32,000 nucleotides of DNA from Nonlabens ponticola. Its GTDB lineage: Bacteria; Bacteroidota; Bacteroidia; Flavobacteriales; Flavobacteriaceae. How positions within the stretch are numbered: position 1 is the first letter of the stretch; each line of letters opens with the position of its first letter. Positions 24,536-32,000 of this stretch are shown one piece after another. Where the stretch lies: positions 390,001 through 422,000 of the forward strand of contig NZ_CP034549.1 of assembly GCF_003966335.1 (NCBI RefSeq), in the 5' to 3' direction. The translations under genes were made by a program, and so were the position numbers. The notes beneath the pieces were generated by a model. That model was given only the letters and a program-made list of their open reading frames with translations. It was not told the DNA's origin and did no database searches.

Positions 24536-25444
24536 ATGAAAAAACTATCCTATTTATTATGTGCCTTACTGCTAGTGGGCTGCAAGGATGCCAGCCAAGA
24601 TAACGGCAAACTCAACGTCGTCACCACTACCACCATGATTACAGACATGGTGGGCGCAATAGGTGGCGATGCGATCAACCTACAAGGCCTTATGGGTAGT
24701 GGCGTGGATCCGCATTTGTACAAGCCTAGTGAAGGTGACGTGTCAAAACTGCAAGATGCAGACGTGATTTTTTACAACGGCTTGCATCTAGAAGGTAAGC
24801 TAGTAGATATTTTTGAAAAGATGGAAGCGCGCGATAAAAACGCCATTGCGGTGAGCGATGCCATTGATAAAAGCACGCTTATAGGCAGTGAGTATTTTGC
24901 GAGTAATTATGATCCACACGTTTGGTTTGATACCGATTACTGGATTTCTATGTCCCGACTAGTTGCTCAAGAACTCACCGCTGCAGATCCTGAGAACAAG
25001 GAAACCTATGAGCAGAATCTCGCTAATTACATATCGTCCATTGAAGAACTAGCAGTAGAATTGAAACAAATCATTGACGATTTACCTGCCGAAAAACGCA
25101 TCCTGGTAACCGCACATGATGCCTTTAATTACTACGGGCGCAAATTTGGTTTTGAGGTAGTAGGATTGCAAGGATTATCTACCGCGACGGAGGCTGGCGT
25201 GCAAGATGTTCAAAACATCACACAATTTATTATCGAGAATGATATCAAGGCCGTTTTTGTAGAAAGCAGCGTGCCTAGAAGAACAGTAGAAGCATTGCAA
25301 GCAGCGGTACGAGCACAAGATCGCGAAGTAGAAATAGGTGGCGAACTGTATAGTGATGCTTTAGGCAGCGCTGGCACAGCAGAAGGTACTTATGTAGGTA
25401 TGTACAAGCATAATGTCAACACTATCGTCAACGCACTCAAATAA
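24536..25444 (+). CDS. metal (Mn/Zn) ABC transporter substrate-binding lipoprotein, TroA/ZnuA/PsaA cluster
   Basis: The ATG at 24536 gives [16 protein letters not shown], which contains a lipobox. Metal-ligand contexts [15 protein letters not shown] and AHDAFNYY are present. Confidence 0.9.
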   Translation: MKKLSYLLCALLLVGCKDASQDNGKLNVVTTTTMITDMVGAIGGDAINLQGLMGSGVDPHLYKPSEGDVSKLQDADVIFYNGLHLEGKLVDIFEKMEARDKNAIAVSDAIDKSTLIGSEYFASNYDPHVWFDTDYWISMSRLVAQELTAADPENKETYEQNLANYISSIEELAVELKQIIDDLPAEKRILVTAHDAFNYYGRKFGFEVVGLQGLSTATEAGVQDVQNITQFIIENDIKAVFVESSVPRRTVEALQAAVRAQDREVEIGGELYSDALGSAGTAEGTYVGMYKHNVNTIVNALK

Positions 25445-26181
25445 TGGAACAGAAAATCGCCGTTGCCGTAGATGACTTGACCGTAGCTTACAACTATAAG
25501 CCTGTCTTGTGGGATATTGACCTGTCGATTCCTGAAGGTGTACTTATGGCTATCGTTGGCCCAAATGGCGCTGGAAAATCAACCTTGATCAAATCTATTC
25601 TTGGGATCATAGATCCTATTGCTGGATCTGTAAAGATCTATGACAAGCCTTATGCCAAGCAGCGTGACAAGGTCGCCTACGTACCACAAAAGGGTAGCGT
25701 GGATTGGGATTTCCCGACTACCGCTCTCGATGTCGTCATGATGGGAACTTACGGTTCATTAGGCTGGATCAAACGACCAGGTTCCAAAGAGAAAAAAGCA
25801 GCCCTTGAGGCACTTGAAAAAGTAGGTATGCTAGCCTTCAAAAGCAGGCAGATAAGTCAACTGTCTGGTGGACAGCAGCAACGTATATTCCTAGCAAGAG
25901 CGTTGGTACAAAATGCAGCGATCTATTTTATGGATGAACCTTTTCAAGGTGTTGACGCCACCACAGAGATTGCCATCATCAATATCCTAAAAGAACTGCG
26001 CAAGGCAGGAAAAACGGTGATCGTGGTACATCACGATTTACAAACCGTACCAGAATATTTTGATTGGGTCACCTTTTTAAATGTGAAGCACATCGCGACT
26101 GGACCTGTCAAGGATATTTTTAATGACGACAATTTGACCAAAACCTATGGTATCAATTATAAAGTTGCAGTGCAGCAGTAG
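25444..26181 (+). CDS. metal ABC transporter ATP-binding protein
   Basis: Walker [10 protein letters not shown], the signature LSGGQQQR and Walker B IYFMDEP are present. The start overlaps the upstream stop (TAATG). Confidence 0.93.
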   Translation: MEQKIAVAVDDLTVAYNYKPVLWDIDLSIPEGVLMAIVGPNGAGKSTLIKSILGIIDPIAGSVKIYDKPYAKQRDKVAYVPQKGSVDWDFPTTALDVVMMGTYGSLGWIKRPGSKEKKAALEALEKVGMLAFKSRQISQLSGGQQQRIFLARALVQNAAIYFMDEPFQGVDATTEIAIINILKELRKAGKTVIVVHHDLQTVPEYFDWVTFLNVKHIATGPVKDIFNDDNLTKTYGINYKVAVQQ

Positions 26182-26182
26182 G

Positions 26183-26207
26183 TAGTTAGTAGTTAGTAGT
26201 TAGTAAA
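26183..26207 (+). repeat. heptamer tandem array (GTAGTTA)x3.5, starting 2 nt after the ATPase stop
   Basis: The sequence reads GTAGTTA GTAGTTA GTAGTTA GTAA. It has the same AGTTNNN phase family as the array at 21473-21541 and the same position relative to a stop codon. Confidence 0.8.
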
Positions 26208-26213
26208 ATGCTT

Positions 26214-26233
26214 GCTCGAGCGTAGTCGAGAGC
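26214..26233 (+). repeat. hairpin carrying GAGCGTAGTCGA (family shared with 21323-21346)
   Basis: The sequence is GCTCGAGCGTAGTCGAGAGC, and its CTCGA and TCGAG arms can pair. Confidence 0.55.
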
Positions 26234-26285
26234 TACTGGTAATTGAAAACTTGATTGCTTTCAACGAGCTATTAAGAGATTTAAA

Positions 26286-26313
26286 AGAGATTCCGCCCTG
26301 CGGCGAAATGACA
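26286..26313 (+). repeat. CTGC-loop hairpin repeat (family shared with 17917-18067)
   Basis: AGAGATTCCGCCCTGCGGCGAAATGACA closely resembles the minus-strand sequence AGAGATGCCGTCCTGCGACGGCATGACA at 17983-18010. Confidence 0.6.
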
Positions 26314-26427
26314 TATAAAACTTTGGCGTCTGCCTGCTAGACAAATGACAAACAGGAAAGCGTTTTGAATACATTATTACGGGAATCAAAAGTTGATTTT
26401 GATTTTATTTTTGAATTTAATTTTTAA

Positions 26428-27540
26428 ATGGATATAACACAGTACTTCACGGACTACACTCTGCGCACCATCACGCTGGGAACTGCGGTGCTAGGTGCTA
26501 TTTGTGGAATGTTGGGAAGTTTTGCAGTGTTGCGCAAAGAGAGTTTGTTAGGTGATGCGATCTCACATGCGGCACTTCCAGGTATTGCAGTAGCTTTTCT
26601 CCTTACTGGTGCCAAAGATTCCAACATCTTATTACTAGGTGCATTAGTCAGTGGGCTGATAGGTATCTGGTGGATACGTGGTATCGTGAGTAAGACGCAC
26701 TTAAAAACCGATACGGCTCTTGGTTTGATACTCAGTTTGTTCTTTGGATTTGGAATGCTACTGCTCACCTATATTCAAAAACAGCCGAATGCCAACCAGG
26801 CAGGACTTGATAAATATCTATTTGGTCAAGCAGCAACGCTAGTGGAAAGTGACGTCATTCTTATGTCGTTTGTCACAGGCGTTAGTCTCATCACATTACT
26901 ATTATTTTGGAAAGAATTCAAGTTATTGCTATTTGATCGCAACTATGCGATGACCTTGGGATTCAATGTGAAGTTTATAGATGGATTGATCAGTTTCTTT
27001 ATCGTGCTGGCAATAGTTATAGGTTTACAAACGGTAGGCGTGGTACTCATGAGCGCCATGTTACTGGCGCCGGCTGCAGCAGCGAGGCAATGGACTGATA
27101 AGTTGAGCGTCATGGTATTGCTGGCCGCTGGGTTTGGAATTTTTGCAGGAGTTTTTGGTACATCCATCAGTGCTAGCCAGTCAAATCTTTCTACAGGTCC
27201 AGTGATTGTACTAGTGGCATCTGCTTTTGTGGTGGTGTCGTTTATTTTCTCGCCTGGTCGTGGTATTCTATTCAAGCAGTTGCGACTGCTCAAAAACAGA
27301 CGCGAATTGGAACTACAAAAAACGCTGTCTTTCATGTACACTATCGTGCGCAAACATGATGACATTTCAAGACCACATGCGATCAAGATCTTGAACAACT
27401 TTCAAGGATTTACTAAAAGTACCTTAGCACAGCTATCGCAAAAACAATGGATCACCATCAATGGCAGCAACTGGTCCATGACTGATCAAGGTTTTAATGC
27501 AGCAACCAATCTGTACGATTCAAATAAGGTAGAATCATGA
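26428..27540 (+). CDS. metal ABC transporter permease (ABC-3 family) with a ~90-aa C-terminal extension
   Basis: A multi-span ABC-3 core (..LGDAISHAALPGIA..) is followed by the soluble tail ..LQKTLSFMYTIVRKHDDISRPHAIKILNNFQGFTKSTLAQLSQKQWITINGSNWSMTDQGFNAA.. Confidence 0.9.
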   Translation: MDITQYFTDYTLRTITLGTAVLGAICGMLGSFAVLRKESLLGDAISHAALPGIAVAFLLTGAKDSNILLLGALVSGLIGIWWIRGIVSKTHLKTDTALGLILSLFFGFGMLLLTYIQKQPNANQAGLDKYLFGQAATLVESDVILMSFVTGVSLITLLLFWKEFKLLLFDRNYAMTLGFNVKFIDGLISFFIVLAIVIGLQTVGVVLMSAMLLAPAAAARQWTDKLSVMVLLAAGFGIFAGVFGTSISASQSNLSTGPVIVLVASAFVVVSFIFSPGRGILFKQLRLLKNRRELELQKTLSFMYTIVRKHDDISRPHAIKILNNFQGFTKSTLAQLSQKQWITINGSNWSMTDQGFNAATNLYDSNKVES

Positions 27541-28694
27541 GCGCAGGACTAGAAATACAATTAATTGCAGCTGTCACAGCCATCGCTTGTGCTATTCCTG
27601 GTGTCTTTCTGGTGTTGCGCAAGATGGCACTGATTAGCGACGCAATAAGTCATTCTATCCTACCAGGAATCGTTATAGGGTTTATGATTACTCAAGATCT
27701 AGCATCGCCTTGGCTCATTCTGCTTGCTGCTTTTAGCGGTATTATTACGGTCGTTCTGGTAGAGCTCATTCAAAAAACAGGACTGGTGAAAGAAGACACG
27801 GCGATAGGATTAGTTTTTCCTGCGCTATTCAGTATTGGTGTGATATTGATTGCGCAAAACGCCAATGATGTTCACTTGGACGTTGATGCAGTGTTACTAG
27901 GCGAGCTTGCTTTTGCACCATTTGATAGATTGATCATTAATGGCGCCGACGTAGGTCCAAAGTCTCTGTGGATCATATCAGGAATCTTGGTGTTGACCCT
28001 AGTTTTACTACTAGCCTTTTACAAAGAATTGAAGATCAGTACGTTTGATATTGGTCTGTCATCGGCTTTGGGATTCTCGCCCGTGATTTTGCACTATGGT
28101 TTGATGAGTGTTGCATCGGTGACAACCGTTGCTGCCTTTGATGCGGTAGGCGCAATATTGGTGGTTGCCTTGATGATAACGCCAGCGGCTGCATCTTATC
28201 TGCTTACTACAGATCTCAAGAAAATGCTGGTGTTGTCAGTACTATTTGGAGTGATCAGCGCTATAGGTGGATATTGGGCAGCTCGCGCGTTAGACGCTTC
28301 TATTGCTGGATCTATAACTACGGTACTTGCACTACTCTTTTTGCTCATTTACCTATTTGCACCCAGCAAAGGTCTCATTGCGGTTCTCATCAGACAAAAA
28401 CGCCAACGTACCGAGGTTTCCTTGCTCACTTTCCTATTACACCTAAACAATCACGACAGTATTGAAGAACGTCGTGTGGCGCACCTGCAAGAGCATATTA
28501 ATTGGCAAAAAGTACGTGCTCAAACCGTGCTGGATCTGGCGGTGCAAAACAACATGATTACCATCAACGACAAAGTGGTTTCCCTAACTCAAAAAGGTCT
28601 TGAGTTCACAGAAAAAGCCCTAGAATACATCATCACCAACAAGGACGAAAAAATTGAAGACATGAAAGATGACTTCTTCTTGTTTAGGGGTTGA
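27537..28694 (+). CDS. metal ABC transporter permease (ABC-3 family) with a ~100-aa C-terminal extension
   Basis: The ABC-3 core (..ISDAISHSILPGIV..) is followed by the tail ..VSLLTFLLHLNNHDSIEERRVAHLQEHINWQKVRAQTVLDLAVQNNMITINDKVVSLTQKGLEFTEKAL.. Its start overlaps the upstream stop (ATGA). Confidence 0.9.
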   Translation: MSAGLEIQLIAAVTAIACAIPGVFLVLRKMALISDAISHSILPGIVIGFMITQDLASPWLILLAAFSGIITVVLVELIQKTGLVKEDTAIGLVFPALFSIGVILIAQNANDVHLDVDAVLLGELAFAPFDRLIINGADVGPKSLWIISGILVLTLVLLLAFYKELKISTFDIGLSSALGFSPVILHYGLMSVASVTTVAAFDAVGAILVVALMITPAAASYLLTTDLKKMLVLSVLFGVISAIGGYWAARALDASIAGSITTVLALLFLLIYLFAPSKGLIAVLIRQKRQRTEVSLLTFLLHLNNHDSIEERRVAHLQEHINWQKVRAQTVLDLAVQNNMITINDKVVSLTQKGLEFTEKALEYIITNKDEKIEDMKDDFFLFRG

Positions 28695-28704
28695 TGTTTA
28701 TCAC

Positions 28705-28718
28705 GCTTTCGCGAAAGC
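28705..28718. repeat. palindrome copy 10, GCTTTCGCGAAAGC
   Basis: Exact 14-mer in the 33-bp gap between the convergent permease and crotonase genes. Confidence 0.95.
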
Positions 28719-28727
28719 AAAACTATT

Positions 28728-29495
28728 CTAAAAACTCGCCTTGCGCTTTTCCAGAAATGCAGTCGTGCCCTCGACAAACTCATGAGTGCCAAAGCAGCTT
28801 CCAAAATTATCGATCTCTACCTGGTAACCATCAGTGCCATCGACAAAGCCAGCATTGACTGCATCAATCGCTGCGGCGATCGCCATCGGGCTGTTGCGCA
28901 TGATCTTGCTGGCTAACTTGTGAGTGAATTCCATGAGTTCTTCTTGAGCAACGACATGATTCACCAGTCCATAGGTGAGCGCCTGATGCGCGTCAATCAT
29001 TCCTGCGGTCATGATCATTTCCATAGCTCGTCCTTTGCCCACTAGTTGTGGCAAACGCTGTGTACCACCATAACCTGGAATAACGCCTAGGCTAACTTCT
29101 GGCAATCCCAAACGTGCATTGTCGCTAGCCACTCTAAAATGTGCGGCCATAGCCAATTCCAAACCACCACCCAACGCAAAACCGTTTACAGCAGCAATCA
29201 CTGGTTTTGAGCAGTTCTCGATCACATCAAACAACTCGCGCTGGCCTTGACCAGCTAGCTTCTTTCCTTCGCTCTCGTCATAATCTGCAAACTCGCTGAT
29301 GTCTGCACCAGCAACAAAGGCCTTTTCACCTTGTCCAGTGATGATGATGACTCTGGAGTCGTCATTTTCCTCGGCAGCAGCGATGGCATCACCCAATTCT
29401 TGAATCGTCTCGCGATTGAGAGCATTGAGCTTGCTAGGTCTATCAATGCGTATTGTGGTGATCTTGTCGGTGGTAGTTACTGTAATATTATCCAT
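28728..29495 (-). CDS. enoyl-CoA hydratase/isomerase (crotonase) family protein
   Basis: The 255-aa ORF has the crotonase signature ..AAVNGFALGGGLELAMAAHFRVAS.. and the ..FVAGADISEF.. oxyanion region. Confidence 0.9.
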   Translation of the reverse strand: MDNITVTTTDKITTIRIDRPSKLNALNRETIQELGDAIAAAEENDDSRVIIITGQGEKAFVAGADISEFADYDESEGKKLAGQGQRELFDVIENCSKPVIAAVNGFALGGGLELAMAAHFRVASDNARLGLPEVSLGVIPGYGGTQRLPQLVGKGRAMEMIMTAGMIDAHQALTYGLVNHVVAQEELMEFTHKLASKIMRNSPMAIAAAIDAVNAGFVDGTDGYQVEIDNFGSCFGTHEFVEGTTAFLEKRKASF

Positions 29496-29506
29496 TGGTT
29501 TGGTAT

Positions 29507-30964
29507 TTATTTAATTCTAGGTAACGTTACTGTAAAAGTAGTGCCGCTACCGTAAAGCGTTTCCATAGTGATGGTTCCATTAAAACTTTCCACGATTTGT
29601 TTTACCATGGCGAGTCCTAGGCCCATACCACTATTCTTGGTAGTAAATTTAGGTTCAAAAATCTTGCTTTCATTCTCTGGAGCGACGCCAGTACCATTGT
29701 CGGATACCTTAAGGTAGATATTATTTTCATCATGAGTGACACTCACCTTAATATCCATGTGACGTTGTTCATGTTGGGCTTGCAAGGCATTTTTGACCAG
29801 ATTTGTCACAACACGTATCAATTGCGTACGGTCAAAAATGGCGCACAATTCGCTCGCATCTTCTTCATAGTGAATGTGCGAGTCATTGAAAATATCCAAG
29901 GCTAGTTGCGTGATTTTGGGCACGTTGGTCTGCTCGTTTTTCTGCGCTGGCATGGTTGCATAGGTCGAGAAAGCACCTGCAATGTTGCTCATCACATCAA
30001 TTTGTTCAATCAATGAATTAGAATATTCCTTGATTTTGTCACGCGCATCAGGATCCTCGGGATCAAAGCGTCGTTCAAAACTTTGCACCGTCAACCTCAT
30101 GGGCGTCAAAGGATTCTTGATCTCGTGGGCAACCTGTTTTGCCATCTCACGCCATGCCTGCTCACGCTCGCTAGTCGCTAGTTTTACAGCGCTTTCCTCG
30201 AGCTCATCCACCATCGCATTGTAGGATATCACAAGCGTGTTTATTTCCTCAGTTCCTGCGACGTCCACACTTATTTTTTGATTGCGTTTGGCAATGTTGA
30301 GTTCCTTAATCTTGTCGCTGATATATCGTATGGATCTAGTCACATATCTGGACAAAATAAAGGCAATGAGTATGGTAAAAAACAGCATCACCGCGTACAC
30401 CATACCTATGCGATATAGAAACTCACGCAACTCATAGTTTATAAAATCATCGTTCTCTAGATACGGCAAATTGATGATCGCTATATTCTTGAATTGATCA
30501 TCCTTGAGATAGGTGTAACTAGACCTATAACTCTCGCCGTTTTCCTGAAATTCTACCACGTATCGACCGCTATCTGCATCACGCAAACGCGTCAAGGTTT
30601 CTTGACTCAGCTGCTTTTCTAGATCGTCCTTGACCAGTTTTTTACTAGATGTCTTGAGCAACCTGCCTTTCAAATCATACATGTTTACCGGCAAGCCGTG
30701 GATGTCACTTATGTCATCAATCTCTGTCTTAAAAATGAGTGGCAGCTTCTCTGTAGTAACCTCAAAGTCGGTTTTTTTGAGTTCATAATTAAAACTCTCA
30801 AGAATCGCTTCTTCCTTGCGTTCCAGGCGCTTGTTATGGTAGTCCTTGCCTTGCTCGCTATACTGATAAATGGACACGCCTGCAATCAAGATACTCGAGA
30901 TAAGAGTAAGCAAGATCATCGAGAAAAAGATCCTGTTGCGCAGGCTGTTCTTGTATAATTTCAT
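29507..30964 (-). CDS. sensor histidine kinase (two TM segments, HAMP-like linker, HisKA + HATPase_c)
   Basis: The H-box HEIKNPLTP, N-box LVKNALQA, G1 DNGTGV and G2 GMGLGLA are present. I preferred the ATG at 30964 (MKLYKNSL..) over the GTG at 31000. No response regulator is adjacent. Confidence 0.88.
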   Translation of the reverse strand: MKLYKNSLRNRIFFSMILLTLISSILIAGVSIYQYSEQGKDYHNKRLERKEEAILESFNYELKKTDFEVTTEKLPLIFKTEIDDISDIHGLPVNMYDLKGRLLKTSSKKLVKDDLEKQLSQETLTRLRDADSGRYVVEFQENGESYRSSYTYLKDDQFKNIAIINLPYLENDDFINYELREFLYRIGMVYAVMLFFTILIAFILSRYVTRSIRYISDKIKELNIAKRNQKISVDVAGTEEINTLVISYNAMVDELEESAVKLATSEREQAWREMAKQVAHEIKNPLTPMRLTVQSFERRFDPEDPDARDKIKEYSNSLIEQIDVMSNIAGAFSTYATMPAQKNEQTNVPKITQLALDIFNDSHIHYEEDASELCAIFDRTQLIRVVTNLVKNALQAQHEQRHMDIKVSVTHDENNIYLKVSDNGTGVAPENESKIFEPKFTTKNSGMGLGLAMVKQIVESFNGTITMETLYGSGTTFTVTLPRIK

Positions 30965-31039
30965 CTGGATAAAAGTAGCAATTATTGCGCCAGTACTCAC
31001 GCGATGATGGATATGAAAATTTAAGATGGGTTTAATTTT

Positions 31040-31053
31040 GCTTTCGCGAAAGC
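31040..31053. repeat. palindrome copy 11, GCTTTCGCGAAAGC
   Basis: Exact 14-mer in the divergent spacer between the histidine kinase and the aldo/keto reductase. Confidence 0.95.
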
Positions 31054-31082
31054 GTAACTACCTTTATTCTCAAACGCATATT

Positions 31083-32000
31083 ATGAGCATTGAGAAGTAT
31101 TACACGCTGGGAAAAACAGGCCTTAAAGTCAGTAGGCTGGCGTTGGGAACGATGACCTTTGGTAAAGAATGGGGTTGGGGAAATGAGAAAGAGGCGGCGC
31201 AGCAAATATTTGATTACTACCTAGATCACGGCGGCAATTTTGTGGACACTGCAGATATGTATACCGGCGGTACCAGCGAAGAATTTATTGGTGATTTCAT
31301 GCAATCGCGCAACAATCGCGAGGATATTGTACTTGCTAGTAAATTTACCTTCAATACCTCATCGAGCAATGCCATAAATAGTGGTGGTAATTCCCGCAAA
31401 AACATACGTCGGACGCTAGAAGAATCGCTCAAGCGACTGAAGACAGATTATATCGACCTATATATATTACATTGTTGGGACAAATTGACGCCTGTTGAAG
31501 AAGTGATGCGCACACTCAACGACCTAGTTAGCGAGGGCAAGATCCTGCACGTAGGTTTGTCGAACGTTCCTGCCTGGTATGCATCACGAGCGCAAATGCT
31601 TGCTGAAGCTAATGGCTATGAACCCATAAGCGCACTGCAACTAGAGTATTCGCTTATACAACGCACTATCGAGCATGAATATATCGATCTAGGACAATAC
31701 ACCAATGCTGGTATCATGGCGTGGTCGCCGCTAGGTGGTGGCTTGTTGTCTGGCAAATACAAGCCTGGCATTGACGATCAAGAAGATGTTGAAGGTCGCC
31801 TGAAACACATTACTGATAATGGCGGTGAGGTAAGCTCCAAAGACAACAAGCGCAACTGGAATATTGTGAAAACGCTACAGGAAGTAAGCGAGGAAATCAA
31901 TCAACCCATGGCAAGCGTGGCCTTGAACTGGACGGCTAACCAGCCCAATGTTGCCAGTGTACTCGTGGGCGCGACCAAAATGAAACAAATTGAGGAAAAC
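31083..32000 (+). CDS. aldo/keto reductase family oxidoreductase; its 3' end runs off the window
   Basis: It is not in the ORF track because it has no in-window stop. The ATG at 31083 gives MSIEKYYTLGKTGLKVSRLALGTMTFG.., and motifs GGNFVDTADMYTGGTSEEFIG and YIDLYILHCWD follow. Confidence 0.85.
   Translation, partial: MSIEKYYTLGKTGLKVSRLALGTMTFGKEWGWGNEKEAAQQIFDYYLDHGGNFVDTADMYTGGTSEEFIGDFMQSRNNREDIVLASKFTFNTSSSNAINSGGNSRKNIRRTLEESLKRLKTDYIDLYILHCWDKLTPVEEVMRTLNDLVSEGKILHVGLSNVPAWYASRAQMLAEANGYEPISALQLEYSLIQRTIEHEYIDLGQYTNAGIMAWSPLGGGLLSGKYKPGIDDQEDVEGRLKHITDNGGEVSSKDNKRNWNIVKTLQEVSEEINQPMASVALNWTANQPNVASVLVGATKMKQIEEN

Noticed and set aside
28705-28718. The idea that the palindrome copies are simply rho-independent terminators.
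   Set aside because: Seven of the eleven copies are inside CDSs. None is followed by a T tract. The hairpin would have only a 5-6-bp stem with a minimal loop. Genuine terminators in this window (8953, 12681, 12829) look quite different.
29507-30964. The sensor histidine kinase lacking an adjacent response regulator, as a possible novel signalling unit.
   Set aside because: Orphan kinases are common in Bacteroidota. The domain order is ordinary (TM, HAMP-like linker, HisKA, HATPase), and nothing in the sequence links it functionally to its neighbours.

Overview
This 32-kb window is a chromosomal segment with Bacteroidota (Flavobacteriia) hallmarks. The evidence is the conserved pdxJ / CBS / nadK / OM-barrel / uppS / bamA / ompH / ompH / murI / mutS block, a T9SS type-B sorted surface protein, and TAnnTTTG-type -7 boxes. 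I cannot assign a genus. From left to right the window holds: a housekeeping and envelope-biogenesis block (1-12.5 kb); tRNA-Gly and tRNA-Leu; a small acidic lipoprotein; and an AT-richer 2.7-kb segment with one T9SS adhesin-like gene, bracketed by a diverged ~155-bp direct repeat. It continues with a four-gene minus-strand operon (Y-family polymerase, DnaE2-like polymerase, TIGR03916 radical-SAM protein, TIGR03915/DUF4130 protein); a divergent mntR-led Mn/Zn uptake operon with its own outer-membrane barrel; and then a crotonase, a sensor kinase and a partial aldo/keto reductase. There are no transposases, integrases, CRISPR arrays or recognisable defence genes. Four signals are not explained by gene content. 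(1) A perfect palindrome, GCTTTCGCGAAAGC, occurs 11 times, inside genes in all three frames and between genes, at unusually even ~3-kb spacing. (2) The polymerase / radical-SAM operon looks like an undescribed damage-tolerance and repair module, and three 43-bp-spaced ATGGAAnTATTCC boxes and a terminator-like leader hairpin lie upstream of it. (3) Heptamer tandem arrays and CTGC-loop hairpin repeats fill intra-operon spacers in two unrelated operons, in the same orientation relative to transcription. (4) A duplication of a gene's 3' end flanks the adhesin gene, and its inner boundary coincides with the palindrome. All product calls come from motif recognition by eye; no database search was run.
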